Shown in pieces: positions 1 to 10,467 of a stretch of 59,550 bases of DNA. The notes beneath the pieces are model-generated. The model saw nothing but the letters and a program-made list of their open reading frames with translations. It had not been told where the DNA came from and did not search any database. A program made the position numbers and the translations under genes. Positions within the stretch are counted from its first letter, which is position 1, and each line of letters starts with the position of its first letter. This stretch comes from Escherichia phage BRET. Location: sequence record MK165087.1; one strand, written 5' to 3'.

Positions 1-552
1 ATGGTAAAGCCTATTCTACCTTGGACACGTAGCATTGAATACGAAGCCGATCTCACTAAAGAAGAGATGGCTATACGTGACTCTGTCGTTGAAGAATATC
101 TGTTCGATTATGATTGGGTTAATGCGTGTAAACGTGTAGGCATGAGCTCCGCAATGGCGTTTGATTATGCCAAACGTTTTCAGGATGATAGCTATTGCCA
201 AAGACGAATTAAAGAACTTCAACAGCAGAAAGCAAGAAGTGCTCAACGTGACAGTAAATATGAAATAGAACAAGAGCGCCAGCGCATCATTGAAGGTCTT
301 AGATTTGAATCCACTTATCGTGGCCCTGGATCTTCTCAAGCTGCTCGTGTTGCTGCATATAAACAATTATGTAGCATCTTTGGATTTGAAGCTCCTAAGC
401 AACAGAAGATGGATGTTGGAGTATCTACTGGTGTTATGTTGGTTCCTATGGTTGGTTCTATGGATGATTGGGAAAAAGTTGCTGGGGAGTCTCAGACTAA
501 GCTGCAAGAGGATACTTTAAATGGACTCAATGATTCAGACACCGTCCACTAA
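1..552 (+). CDS. putative terminase small subunit
   Basis: 183-aa ORF directly upstream of and overlapping the large terminase; the window end carries AGGAG about 8 nt before the wrap-around to this ATG. Confidence 0.45.
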   Translation: MVKPILPWTRSIEYEADLTKEEMAIRDSVVEEYLFDYDWVNACKRVGMSSAMAFDYAKRFQDDSYCQRRIKELQQQKARSAQRDSKYEIEQERQRIIEGLRFESTYRGPGSSQAARVAAYKQLCSIFGFEAPKQQKMDVGVSTGVMLVPMVGSMDDWEKVAGESQTKLQEDTLNGLNDSDTVH

Positions 553-2119
553 GGTAGTATGGAAACCACATCCAGGATCTCAGGTACTGGCACTGAGTTG
601 TCCAGCAGATGAGATTTTATATCATGGTACTCGTGGCCCTGGAAAGACCGATGCTCAGTTGATGCGTTTTCGTCGTTATGTCGGCATGGGGTATGGTAAA
701 CACTGGCGCGGTATCATTTTTGACCGAGAATACAAAAACTTAGATGACTTAGTTGCAAAGTCACAGCGTTGGTTTCCTGAATTTAATGATGGTTGTAAAT
801 TCTTATCTTCCAAGTCAGATTATAAATGGGTATGGCCTAGCGGCGAAGAACTAATGTTCCGTGTCGCTAAAAAGCCTAAGGATTACTGGCTGTACCACGG
901 TCAGGAATTTCCATTTATTGGGTGGAACGAATTAACTAAATATCCTGATAGTGGACTTTATGAAGCGATGAAGTCCTGTAACCGTACATCCTTTGTTGCA
1001 GAAGAAAACCCGATAATTATTGACGGTGATGTGTATCAGAGAACTGGACGTCTTGTGCTTGTTCAACCGGACCATGAATACGCAATGCAGTTCATACTAC
1101 CACCTTTGCCGTTGCAAATTTTTTCTACGACTAACCCATTTGGGGTCGGACATAACTGGGTCAAGAAATATTTTATTAACTCTTGCCCTCTTGGGTCTAT
1201 GAAGAAGGAAGTAACAAACGTCTTCAACCCGCGTACACAGAAACGGGAAGACGTAGTTAGAACTCGCTGTCATATATTTGGTTCGTATCGAGAGAACCGA
1301 AACTTGACACCTGAGTATGTTGCGCAGCTTGTGAACATTGACGATCCTAACCTCCGTATGGCATGGCTTGGTGGTAGCTGGGATATTACGTCAGGTGGAA
1401 TGTTCGACGACCTATGGCGCCAGAATATACATGTGGTCAAACCATTTCCAATACCTCACTCTTGGAGAATTGATAGATCGTTTGACTGGGGCTCAAGTAA
1501 ACCTTTTTCTGTTGGTTGGTGGGCAAGAAGTGATGGTAGCGATATCGTGTATCCAAATGGGCGTCGTGTACGAACAGTACGAGGTGACTTATTTAGGATC
1601 ATGGAGTGGTATGGTACTAACGGAAAACCGAACGAAGGTTTAAGATTATTGGATTCTGAAATTGCTCGTGGTATCATCGTCAGGGAAATTGAAGCTGGTT
1701 TATACGGTCGCGTAGTTCCAGGCCCTGCTGATAACAGCATTTGGGACGTTAAAGACGGTAACAGTACCGCAGCAACAATGTCTAAGCCAATAACTATCAA
1801 TGGTCGGTCTTATCCTGGTGTACAGTGGATCCGAAGTGATAAATCCCCTGGATCACGTAAAGCAGGTTGGAAGCGAATGCGGGAATATTTAGCTGCTTCA
1901 ATTCCGGATCCTAAGGTTGCCGCTTTGCGTGAAAGACCTTCTATGTTTATTTTTGACAACTGTCATCATTTTATAGATCTTGTTCCAACTCTTGCTAGAG
2001 ACGAAGATGATCTTGATGATGTCGATACTGATTCTGAGGACCACATTGCTGACGAAGCACGTTATCGCGTAGCCAACGAAGCACGTGGCGGTAGTATCGG
2101 TAAGACTGTTGGGACATAA
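521..2119 (+). CDS. terminase large subunit
   Basis: 532 aa; Walker-A-like GTRGPGKT near N-terminus; sits just upstream of portal; AGAGGA RBS before ATG. Confidence 0.8.
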   Translation: MDSMIQTPSTKVVWKPHPGSQVLALSCPADEILYHGTRGPGKTDAQLMRFRRYVGMGYGKHWRGIIFDREYKNLDDLVAKSQRWFPEFNDGCKFLSSKSDYKWVWPSGEELMFRVAKKPKDYWLYHGQEFPFIGWNELTKYPDSGLYEAMKSCNRTSFVAEENPIIIDGDVYQRTGRLVLVQPDHEYAMQFILPPLPLQIFSTTNPFGVGHNWVKKYFINSCPLGSMKKEVTNVFNPRTQKREDVVRTRCHIFGSYRENRNLTPEYVAQLVNIDDPNLRMAWLGGSWDITSGGMFDDLWRQNIHVVKPFPIPHSWRIDRSFDWGSSKPFSVGWWARSDGSDIVYPNGRRVRTVRGDLFRIMEWYGTNGKPNEGLRLLDSEIARGIIVREIEAGLYGRVVPGPADNSIWDVKDGNSTAATMSKPITINGRSYPGVQWIRSDKSPGSRKAGWKRMREYLAASIPDPKVAALRERPSMFIFDNCHHFIDLVPTLARDEDDLDDVDTDSEDHIADEARYRVANEARGGSIGKTVGT

Positions 2120-2131
2120 GGAGTTTAACAG

Positions 2132-3658
2132 ATGGCCATTTCTTCGGTTCATCCTAAATATTTACAGTTTAGTGCATTATGGTTGAAGATGCGAGACTGT
2201 TTCCTTGGAGCTGACCACATTAAGGCTCAAGGTACTTTGTATCTTCCACCGACACCTGCTATGCGTTATGACGGTATGAAACCAGGCGAAGATGGCTATA
2301 TCCGTTACAACGATTATAAAGAACGTGCAGTGTTCCCGGAATATGTGGCGGATGCAGTAATCAACCACGGTGGTATGTTGCATAGCAAGGCAGCTATTAT
2401 TCAGTTGCCTGCTGCAATGGAACCCCTTCGTCAATCTGCTACCAGCAAGCGCGAAGGTTTAGATCAGCTACTACGCCGCATAAACGAGCTACAGCTACGC
2501 GATGGTCGTCTTGGCCTTCTGTTGGAGCTGCCAGCGGGAAGTACCCGTGACACGCTGCCGTACATTGCGGTATACGAGGCGTTAAGTATACGAAACTGGG
2601 ATGATGGTGAAGACGATCTTGGTTCAGTTAATCTTAACCTAGTTGTATTGGATGAGTCCAAAGAAGTAATGGACAAGACTTCATTTGATTGGACTTATAA
2701 AGTTCAATACCGAGTTCTTGTTCTTGGAAGCGCCAGTGTAGATGAACCATCAGATAGCGGTTACGTGTACGGTCAGTACATGACAGAATTACTTCCTGGT
2801 GAGGATGACGAACCAGAAGAAGTAAGCTCTGATGTTGTAGTCCCTCAATATAAAGGTACTCCGCTTGAGCAGATACCTTTCGTATTTTGTAACGCTATGG
2901 ACTTAGTCCCAGAACCAGATAAACCACCGCTACTCGCATTAGCAAACAGATGTATTTCCATTTATCAGGGTGAAGCTGATTATCGACAGGCTTTGTTTAT
3001 GCAGAGCCAGGATACGCTGGTTGTTCGTGGTGGTATTACGAACAGTGACGCAGTTGATGATAAAGCTCCTGTTCGTGTTGGTGCTGGTGCTCGTATTGAT
3101 GTATCTCCGGACGGTGATGCCAAATACATTGGTACTAACTCGCAAGGTCTACCGGAGCAACGTAAAGCACTTGAAGCTGACCATAAAGACGCTCAGACTC
3201 GTTCCGGGCATTTAACCAGTGCAGAAAGTGCTGCTCAAGAGTCTGGTGACGCACTGGAAACACGTCTTATCACTAAAACTGCTTCATTAGTTGGTATTGC
3301 TAAGACTGGCGCTGCTGCGTTAGAAAAAATCCTTCGTATTTGTGCTATATGGATGGGATTAAATCCAGACGAAGTTAAAGTTACACCTAACCTTGACTTC
3401 AGCAAAGCTAATATTGAAGGCCAGGAATTGGTGCAGGTGCAAACTGCCAAGAATCTTGGTGCTCCGTTATGTGCTGAGTCTATGCACAACTGGTTGCAGG
3501 ATAAGGGAATGACCTCTTTGACGTTTGAAGAGGAGATGAAACGGCTTGAGGAGGAGCGCAAAGAATACCCGTTCCTTTTACCTCAAGTTAAAAATGATCA
3601 GAACCAGATCCAGCAAACAACCGGAGAACAGACGGGGAATGAAAATGCCGCTAAGTAA
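2132..3658 (+). CDS. portal protein
   Basis: 508 aa, acidic C-terminal region, follows terminase; AAGGAG RBS. Confidence 0.75.
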   Translation: MAISSVHPKYLQFSALWLKMRDCFLGADHIKAQGTLYLPPTPAMRYDGMKPGEDGYIRYNDYKERAVFPEYVADAVINHGGMLHSKAAIIQLPAAMEPLRQSATSKREGLDQLLRRINELQLRDGRLGLLLELPAGSTRDTLPYIAVYEALSIRNWDDGEDDLGSVNLNLVVLDESKEVMDKTSFDWTYKVQYRVLVLGSASVDEPSDSGYVYGQYMTELLPGEDDEPEEVSSDVVVPQYKGTPLEQIPFVFCNAMDLVPEPDKPPLLALANRCISIYQGEADYRQALFMQSQDTLVVRGGITNSDAVDDKAPVRVGAGARIDVSPDGDAKYIGTNSQGLPEQRKALEADHKDAQTRSGHLTSAESAAQESGDALETRLITKTASLVGIAKTGAAALEKILRICAIWMGLNPDEVKVTPNLDFSKANIEGQELVQVQTAKNLGAPLCAESMHNWLQDKGMTSLTFEEEMKRLEEERKEYPFLLPQVKNDQNQIQQTTGEQTGNENAAK

Positions 3659-3789
3659 AGGCGTGCAACGTAAAGCAAAAGACAAGAGTAAAAAATAGTT
3701 GCTTCATTCTTAATGATGTATTAGTCTTTATAGCGCGGTAGAACGGTCTATCGCGCTTTTTAGTGGAACGGTCCACAATGGAGAATTTT

Positions 3790-4668
3790 ATGAACAAATA
3801 TCACATTCATCTAGCGGTAGCTTATTCCGCTGGCTTCTTCCAGTCCATGCCTCGTTTTGGTGCATTGGAACTTGAATATACTTCTGAGGATGAAATCCCG
3901 GAAAACGCGCGTGAGTATTATTCCCAAGAAGGCGATAAGTGGATCCTCACTGGTGTAAAGGGTGGTGGCAAACAGAATATTGACAGGCTGCAATCCGCAC
4001 TTGAAAAAGAGCGCAACGATCATAAGGCGGTCAAGAGTAAGTTAAGTAAGCTGAACGGACGTGATATTGACGAACTCTTGCAGCGCGACGCTGAATATGA
4101 AGAGCTTAAACTACGTGCGGATAAAGTTGATGATGAAAAGCTGGAGCAGATCATTAACGTGCGCATCCGTAACAAGCTAACTCCGCTTGAGCGTGAACGT
4201 GACGAGCTGAAAAACAAACTTTCTACCTATGAGAAGCAAGTAGAAGAGCTGACCACAAAAGAGAAGAACCGCATCGTTAAGACCGCTCTCAGCAAGGCTG
4301 CAATGTCTGCTAAAGTGATCACGGAAGCTATTGACGACGTGGAACTGATTGGCTCTCGTTTGTTCGAGCTCACCGAAGACGGTCAGGTTGTTACCCGCGA
4401 CGGCGTTGGTGTAACCCCGGGCATCACTCCAGAAATGTGGTTACAGGACATTCAGGATAAGAAACCTCACTGGTTCCCTGGAAACGTTGGCGGGGGTGCT
4501 GGTGGCTCCCGTACTCCTGGCGCGGCTGGTAAGAACCCGTGGAGTGCTGAGGGTTGGAACCTTACTGAACAGGGTAAAATTCTTCGTGAAAATCCTGAAA
4601 AAGCAGGCCGTCTGGCAGCCATGGCTGGCGTGGACTTGAAGCGTCCAGTACGTCCAGTTAAAAAATAA
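3790..4668 (+). CDS. putative scaffolding protein
   Basis: Charged coiled-coil-like protein with Gly-rich basic C-terminus between portal and capsid; alternative starts at 3763 (GTG) and 3778. Confidence 0.55.
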   Translation: MNKYHIHLAVAYSAGFFQSMPRFGALELEYTSEDEIPENAREYYSQEGDKWILTGVKGGGKQNIDRLQSALEKERNDHKAVKSKLSKLNGRDIDELLQRDAEYEELKLRADKVDDEKLEQIINVRIRNKLTPLERERDELKNKLSTYEKQVEELTTKEKNRIVKTALSKAAMSAKVITEAIDDVELIGSRLFELTEDGQVVTRDGVGVTPGITPEMWLQDIQDKKPHWFPGNVGGGAGGSRTPGAAGKNPWSAEGWNLTEQGKILRENPEKAGRLAAMAGVDLKRPVRPVKK

Positions 4669-4806
4669 TAAAATTTGTTGACACTCCCTCCGGTTGGTGC
4701 TAGTTTTACATCAACCGGAGCACGGGCTCCGATCAATCAAGGATTATTGGAGCCTCCCACGGCGGTAGAGTTCCAAAGTAAATCGATTAACTTTGCGGAG
4801 ACTACC

Positions 4807-5910
4807 ATGTCTAAAATTCTGTCAGCTCCGATGCTTAATTTGCGAGCTACCAATTCAATTCTTCTGTCTGCTGTTCGTCGTGGTGCGATCACTGAACTTG
4901 CAGATGTTATCGTTCCAGAGATCTTCGTACCGTATGTGCAGAACCGCACTACTGAAAAGTCCCGACTGATTCAGTCTGGTGCTATTGAGATTTCTGAGCG
5001 TCTTAACGCTGCATTGATGGGTGAAGGTACTACCTTTAACCAGCGTTTCTTCAAAGACCTGGATCGTGATGAAGAAAACGTTTCCAGCGCAAGCGATTCA
5101 ACCGATTCTACTCCTGGCGGTATCAAATCTGGTCGTGAAATTCAGGTCCGTCTGTCTCGTAACCATTCATGGGGTTCTGCGGACCTGCTGGACAGCCTGA
5201 TCTCTCCTGACCCGCTGGATGCTATCATTAATCTGGTGGCAAGCTACCGTCAGAGTCGTCTGCAACGCGCATTCGTTGCGACTGTGAGTGGTGTGTTTGC
5301 TATGAACGCCGCTGCTCCGGTTAGTTCCGGTGATAAGAAGTCTACCCACGTTCAGAACGATATGACCCACGATATCTCTGGTTCATCCTTCACCGATGGT
5401 GTGACTAACTTCAACCCGGCGGGTGTTATTCTGGCTGCTGGTACTATGGGTGACTCCCTGAACGAGCTGTCCATGATGATGGTACACAGTGTGGTCTACC
5501 AGCGTATGCAGCTTATGAACCTGATCGACTTCATCCCGGATGCTCGTGCTGAAGTAATGATCCCGACCTACATGGGCCGTGAAGTTATCGTTGACGATAT
5601 GATGCCTCACGATAGCGGTAAGTACGAAACCTGGCTGGTTGGCCGTGGTGCATTCCAGTTGGGTGTTGGTTCACCGAAAGTTCCTGTTGAAACTGAACGT
5701 AAACCTGCATCCTACAAAGGTGGTGGTTCTGAAATCCTGTTCCACCGCTGGGAAAACATCATTCACCCTGTCGGTCACGCATGGGTTGGTACTGCTGCTG
5801 AAGGTGGTCCGGATAACGCCGCTCTGAAGACTGCTACCAACTGGGCTCGTGTATTCCCTGAGCGTAAACAGATTAAGATTGCTCGCCTGGTCACTCGCGA
5901 ACACGCTTAA
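4807..5910 (+). CDS. major capsid protein
   Basis: About 367 aa from internal ATG with GGAG RBS (track ORF begins 4675 on a TTG); position after scaffold; strong terminator follows. Confidence 0.7.
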   Translation: MSKILSAPMLNLRATNSILLSAVRRGAITELADVIVPEIFVPYVQNRTTEKSRLIQSGAIEISERLNAALMGEGTTFNQRFFKDLDRDEENVSSASDSTDSTPGGIKSGREIQVRLSRNHSWGSADLLDSLISPDPLDAIINLVASYRQSRLQRAFVATVSGVFAMNAAAPVSSGDKKSTHVQNDMTHDISGSSFTDGVTNFNPAGVILAAGTMGDSLNELSMMMVHSVVYQRMQLMNLIDFIPDARAEVMIPTYMGREVIVDDMMPHDSGKYETWLVGRGAFQLGVGSPKVPVETERKPASYKGGGSEILFHRWENIIHPVGHAWVGTAAEGGPDNAALKTATNWARVFPERKQIKIARLVTREHA

Positions 5911-5928
5911 TGCTTTAGCCATGTAATT

Positions 5929-5954
5929 AAAGGGGCCTATATGGTCCCTTTTTT
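5929..5954 (+). terminator. rho-independent terminator after capsid gene
   Basis: AAAGGGGCC-tatat-GGTCCCTTT stem followed by a T run. Confidence 0.6.
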
Positions 5955-5967
5955 GTTAGGAGGAAAC

Positions 5968-6402
5968 ATGCGTTATCAACGTCATTCAAGACATCGTCGT
6001 TATGTACGTCACGAACGTCACGGTTCGGATGCAACACCTAAAGCGAAGATTAAGACTGTAGGTAAAGTTCAGTATTCAGCTGACGGTGAAAGTGGTTGGC
6101 AGGATACAATCCCCGCCGGTCTTATGAAAGTAAGCACACCACTGACTTTCTACATTCGTGCTAAAGAAGTAGATCCAGAGGATGATGGTTCTTATGTTTA
6201 TAAGTTCCAGATTGCTGCTGGAACTGGCGATGCATTGTCCCTTCAAAATGCGGGCGTCAACAAAGCAAAAATCTCTGGTACAGCTTCAGAGGATATGCTG
6301 AGTAAGACGTTCAGTGTTAACTGTACAGTTGAAGACAGTTATGGGACGGAAGTTACGGGAACTGCATTAACGCAAGCCTGGTCCGCAGCTCCAGCAGCAT
6401 AA
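5968..6402 (+). CDS. hypothetical head-associated protein with Arg/His-rich N-terminus
   Basis: AGGAGG RBS before ATG; bounded by terminators on both sides. Confidence 0.5.
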   Translation: MRYQRHSRHRRYVRHERHGSDATPKAKIKTVGKVQYSADGESGWQDTIPAGLMKVSTPLTFYIRAKEVDPEDDGSYVYKFQIAAGTGDALSLQNAGVNKAKISGTASEDMLSKTFSVNCTVEDSYGTEVTGTALTQAWSAAPAA

Positions 6403-6428
6403 ACGTTAAATTGCTAGATGTTTTAAAG

Positions 6429-6462
6429 GGTGTTACACTTCGCTTGTAACACCTTTTATTTT
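6429..6462 (+). terminator. rho-independent terminator
   Basis: GGTGTTACA-cttcgct-TGTAACACC perfect 9-bp stem followed by TTTTATTTT. Confidence 0.65.
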
Positions 6463-6471
6463 GAGGAATGA

Positions 6472-7143
6472 ATGATGAAAGATAAGATCATTGAAGGGCT
6501 TCGTAAACTCAATGTTGAGAATGACAATCATTGGACTGCAGATGGCCTGCCTAAAATTGAAGCATTGAAGTTTACAGTTGGCCCGTCCGTCACGCGAGAA
6601 GATGTCAATTCTGTTGCGCCTGGGTTCACTCGTTCAAATCCTGTAATTGAGGACGTCGAACATGAAGAAAAGCATGACACTTCCTCATTGCAGGAAACCG
6701 AACAGACGGAAATTGTTGCAGATACCGACAATGCACAATATGAGTCCTTATCTAAGGCTGAAGCAGATAAGGAAACTGTTAACGGTAAATCGATTGTCAC
6801 TACGCGAGTAGCTTTTGAAGTCAGCGTGAGCGATGCAGTTAAAGCAATGCTCAAAGATATTCCAGATATTGACTTTGACACTGTTTCTGTGGAAGAGCTT
6901 AAAGAATATGAAAAAGTTCTTTCAGAACAAGTCAATGCAGACAACCAGATGTTATCTGCAATGAACGAACTTGTTGAATCTCGTGCTAAATTGTACGCAA
7001 AAGTCAACACTGAAATTGAACGTCGTAAACCTAAGACCGAGCTGGCTCACACGTTAGCATCTTTCCGCGATCAGATGGCACAAGTTGCACATGTGGTCAA
7101 TCAGCCTCGTATGGTTGTTCGTAACGGTATCCGCACTCGCTAA
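6472..7143 (+). CDS. hypothetical acidic protein
   Basis: 223-aa ORF with GAGG RBS; Glu/Asp-rich. Confidence 0.5.
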   Translation: MMKDKIIEGLRKLNVENDNHWTADGLPKIEALKFTVGPSVTREDVNSVAPGFTRSNPVIEDVEHEEKHDTSSLQETEQTEIVADTDNAQYESLSKAEADKETVNGKSIVTTRVAFEVSVSDAVKAMLKDIPDIDFDTVSVEELKEYEKVLSEQVNADNQMLSAMNELVESRAKLYAKVNTEIERRKPKTELAHTLASFRDQMAQVAHVVNQPRMVVRNGIRTR

Positions 7144-7151
7144 GGTGACAT

Positions 7152-7481
7152 ATGGCATTTCGAACAGACAAAAAGTTCTTGTTTCATATGATGCAACGTA
7201 ACAGACGTCGTCGAGATGCCACGTTGAACCCTGTAAGCGGTGTCCTGGGGTGGGTAACGCCGCCCCCGTCGACAGGTGTGGTAGATACCGATTACGTTAC
7301 AACGTGGCAGAATGGACAAACACCTTACGTTGTACAGGTCTTTAAAGATAAAGAATTGGTCTCACAGAATCAATTTGATTTGCAGACCTTCACAATTAAC
7401 GAATCGTCTGCTGCAAGGTATGACATTAAAATTATAAGTGCAGACGGACAGATTCTTAATGCTACGATAGATATTGCTTGA
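7152..7481 (+). CDS. hypothetical protein
   Basis: 109-aa ORF packed tightly in the late operon. Confidence 0.45.
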   Translation: MAFRTDKKFLFHMMQRNRRRRDATLNPVSGVLGWVTPPPSTGVVDTDYVTTWQNGQTPYVVQVFKDKELVSQNQFDLQTFTINESSAARYDIKIISADGQILNATIDIA

Positions 7482-7488
7482 GGTGCAT

Positions 7489-7992
7489 ATGACTATAACT
7501 ATCATTGTTGAAGATGGGTCTTGTGTACCTAACGCAAATAGCTATATTGATGTTGAATATGCTACGCAGTATTTAAAAGACCGTGGAGTTACTGTCCCGG
7601 CGGAAGATAAGTTGAAACCAATGCTTATCAACGCGATGGATTTTATGGAAAGTCTTAACCGCTATAAAGGTAAGCGTACCAACCAAGATCAGGAGCTACA
7701 ATTCCCGCGCAGCGGCTTATACAGCGACGGTGTGGAGATTCCAGGTAACACCATACCTGTAGCAATTAAGCGAGCACAGGCCCAACTGGTCGCGGATACG
7801 GTGCAGAGCGGTAAGCCGTTATTAAGTAACAGTACCAATCATGCGCTGAAAAAGCGTGTTCTTGGTCCACTGACACTTGAATACGCAGTTGGTCAGAGTG
7901 CTGTATTAGAAAGCGCGACACCACACCAGCGTTTTTGGGCTTTGATTAATGACTACCTGCGAAGCTCTAGCTCACAAGGAGTAATTCGATGA
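7489..7992 (+). CDS. putative head-tail connector/adaptor protein
   Basis: Position between head and tail genes; internal ATG with GAGG RBS (track ORF from 7474). Confidence 0.45.
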   Translation: MTITIIVEDGSCVPNANSYIDVEYATQYLKDRGVTVPAEDKLKPMLINAMDFMESLNRYKGKRTNQDQELQFPRSGLYSDGVEIPGNTIPVAIKRAQAQLVADTVQSGKPLLSNSTNHALKKRVLGPLTLEYAVGQSAVLESATPHQRFWALINDYLRSSSSQGVIR

Positions 7993-8363
7993 CAATTGCT
8001 TCAGAATTTATTGCAATGGCACATGAGATGTTGAACGACCAAGAAATTGGTTTTGATGGAACACTCATTGCCAAAGTAAAAGAAGAGGGTAATGAATCGA
8101 AGCCTTGGGCCCCGACTTTTAAGGAACAGGAAATACCACTACGCGTGTTCTATGACGAGCAGTCAAAGACTAACGTAAATGGTAGTGTAATCCTTCAAGG
8201 TGAAAAAGTATTCATTACATACGAACCTGAAGGTGTTAGCCTGGAAGACTGTATTGGTTTTAAATTTATTGACCACAAAGGTCGCTCGTTCACGGTCAAT
8301 GCAGTTGAGCCTATTGGTGCTGGTGGAACTACAATCATTAGTTATGTTAAGGTCGGTTCCTAA
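7989..8363 (+). CDS. putative head closure / head-tail joining protein
   Basis: 124-aa ORF translationally coupled to neighbours (4-nt overlap). Confidence 0.4.
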   Translation: MTIASEFIAMAHEMLNDQEIGFDGTLIAKVKEEGNESKPWAPTFKEQEIPLRVFYDEQSKTNVNGSVILQGEKVFITYEPEGVSLEDCIGFKFIDHKGRSFTVNAVEPIGAGGTTIISYVKVGS

Positions 8364-8782
8364 TGGCTAAGAAGAGCTTCCGTGATCAATTTACCAGTGC
8401 TCAATTAAGAGCTATGCAGAAAGCCGCAGGTGAGGTAAAACAAAGACTTTATGGCTTCGTTAGTGCTGTTGTTGATGACACTCCTGTTAAGGACGGTGGA
8501 TTACGCGGAAGTTGGCAGATACAGAAATCACCCGACCTTATTCAGGACAATCTACCGGAAGACCCGTCAGGAGCTGCTACGAAACAAAGATTGTTTACTA
8601 AAATAAGATATCTTCCAATCCATCAAGATTGGAGTATTTATTTTGGTAACGGTAAACCTTATGCTCAGAAGATTGAATATGAGGGTTATAGTAAGCAAGC
8701 GCCTAACGGGATGTTGCGTAAGAACATCGCAAGAGGTGGACAGGCATTCAATGGATTTAAACTTGGGAGCTTTGATAAATGA
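8363..8782 (+). CDS. tail component, HK97 gp10-like
   Basis: DTPVKDGGLRGSW resembles the HK97 gp10 family motif; position. Confidence 0.5.
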   Translation: MAKKSFRDQFTSAQLRAMQKAAGEVKQRLYGFVSAVVDDTPVKDGGLRGSWQIQKSPDLIQDNLPEDPSGAATKQRLFTKIRYLPIHQDWSIYFGNGKPYAQKIEYEGYSKQAPNGMLRKNIARGGQAFNGFKLGSFDK

Positions 8783-9246
8783 TCCCGTATCCGTTTCATT
8801 GGGTGGAAGATACCCTGAAATCACACTTAGTGAATAACTATGCTGAAATGTCACACGCTATGGCATGGAAGAACTTGACATTTGATGCCAGCGGCTTTAA
8901 AGTGTGGTTAAAGATCATCAATACCCCATCAAGTGAAGACCCTGTAACGTTAGGCCCTTATGGCGATAATGAAATGCGTGGGTTTTTACAGATTGGTGTA
9001 TATTCACAGTTGAATATTGGTGTTGAAGAATCTAATGCTGTTCTTGGTCATGTGAGTAAAATCTTTAGTGTACCAAGACAGCTCCAAGCACCGGACGGCT
9101 GCATGTTAAGACTGACAAGAAAGACGTTTTCTCAAGGTGGGCAGACGTCAATTGCAGACTTCACTCGCGGTGGTGTTGAAGGTGTTTGGGATGCTCAATA
9201 TGTAACAATCTACTGGCTCGCACGTGAGCCTAAACAGAGGATATAA
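8779..9246 (+). CDS. putative tail terminator / completion protein
   Basis: 155-aa ORF directly upstream of the major tail protein. Confidence 0.4.
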   Translation: MIPYPFHWVEDTLKSHLVNNYAEMSHAMAWKNLTFDASGFKVWLKIINTPSSEDPVTLGPYGDNEMRGFLQIGVYSQLNIGVEESNAVLGHVSKIFSVPRQLQAPDGCMLRLTRKTFSQGGQTSIADFTRGGVEGVWDAQYVTIYWLAREPKQRI

Positions 9247-9248
9247 CG

Positions 9249-10427
9249 ATGGCTGAAGGTTCACGTTATAGTAGCTATTATATCAAAGAACAGACCTCCG
9301 GTGTCACTCCGTCTAGCGGAACTCTGAAGGTCTTTCGTGCTACTAAATCGGGTCTTGATATTAAAGTCGCTACTCTGCAATCTGAAGAAATTCGAGATGA
9401 TGCGGAAGTGGCGGATTTCCGTCTTGGTGCTCGGCACGTAGAAGGTACAGCAACGGGTGAACTGTCTTATGAGACATTTGATGACCTGTTGGGTGGTGCG
9501 TTACGTGGTACGTTTGCGGGCGAAGTGCTTACCGCAGGCATCGAGCGCCAATCCTTTACTTTTATCGACTATAACGCAGATATTACGGACTTCCCGTATA
9601 CCATCTATCGTGGTTGTGAAGTTAACAGTCTTGCAATTACTGTAAGTGCTGAAGCTATCACCGGCGTGGAATTCGGTATCGTTGGCCGTACAATGGAACA
9701 AGCTGCTACCCTGCCGTCTGGTCTAAGTAAAGGTACTCGCACGACTACTCCACCTATGGACGGCTTCTCTGGTAAGCTGGCTATGGGTGATGTATCCGTT
9801 GATGTTATTACTGAGATGGCTATTAACCTTGAGAACGGCATCGAGCCTCGCTTCGTTGTTGGTTCCAAGTTCTCTATTAAGCCAAGCTCTAAACGTCGTC
9901 AGATTAGTGGTACACTGACCGCCTACTACGAAGATAACAAACTGCGTAGTAAGTTCCTGAACGAACAGGAAAGTAACCTGACTATCGACATCCTGGACGG
10001 GACTACTGGTGCTGGTTATCGGTTCAGTATGCCTCGTATCAAGATTACGGAAGCTCCGCGTCCGATCGATGGTGAAGGCGATATCATGCTGAACATGAGC
10101 TATACTGGCCTGTTGGATCAGGACGAAGGTTACAGCATTCGCATTACTAAACTTCCGCCGATGTCTTTCACGACCGATCTTACCGCAAACAAGACTATCA
10201 CTAAAGGACAAACATTAACCCTTTCAGTTGTGGTCAAAGGTGGTGAAGAACCTTATACCTACGTGTGGAAGAAAGGTGGTGTCGTTATTGGAAGTGCTAA
10301 TCAAGCCACCTTCACTAAAGCTAACGCGCAACCGGCAGATGCAGGTCAGTATGTATGTGAAGTAACAGATTCACATGGCCGTACTATACCGAGCACACCT
10401 TGCCTTGTTGCTGTTAATGGTGAGTAA
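9249..10427 (+). CDS. major tail protein with C-terminal Ig-like domain
   Basis: 392 aa; C-terminal about 90 aa (YTYVWKKGG...GQYVCEVTD) looks like an Ig-like fold; upstream of chaperones and tape measure. Confidence 0.65.
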   Translation: MAEGSRYSSYYIKEQTSGVTPSSGTLKVFRATKSGLDIKVATLQSEEIRDDAEVADFRLGARHVEGTATGELSYETFDDLLGGALRGTFAGEVLTAGIERQSFTFIDYNADITDFPYTIYRGCEVNSLAITVSAEAITGVEFGIVGRTMEQAATLPSGLSKGTRTTTPPMDGFSGKLAMGDVSVDVITEMAINLENGIEPRFVVGSKFSIKPSSKRRQISGTLTAYYEDNKLRSKFLNEQESNLTIDILDGTTGAGYRFSMPRIKITEAPRPIDGEGDIMLNMSYTGLLDQDEGYSIRITKLPPMSFTTDLTANKTITKGQTLTLSVVVKGGEEPYTYVWKKGGVVIGSANQATFTKANAQPADAGQYVCEVTDSHGRTIPSTPCLVAVNGE

Positions 10428-10467
10428 TTGGAACGGGGTGCAAACCCCGTTTTATTAAGGAACGATT

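Noticed and set aside
16-366. 116-aa minus-strand ORF inside the terminase small subunit gene
   Set aside because: Antisense to a well-supported gene in a tightly packed plus-strand operon; low-complexity translation; no RBS seen.
4675-4806. N-terminal extension of the capsid ORF (track start 4675) and the TTGACA plus hairpin in this interval
   Set aside because: The extension starts on a non-ATG codon with no RBS, while the internal ATG at 4807 has GGAG; the upstream interval is more likely a 5' UTR with a stem-loop.
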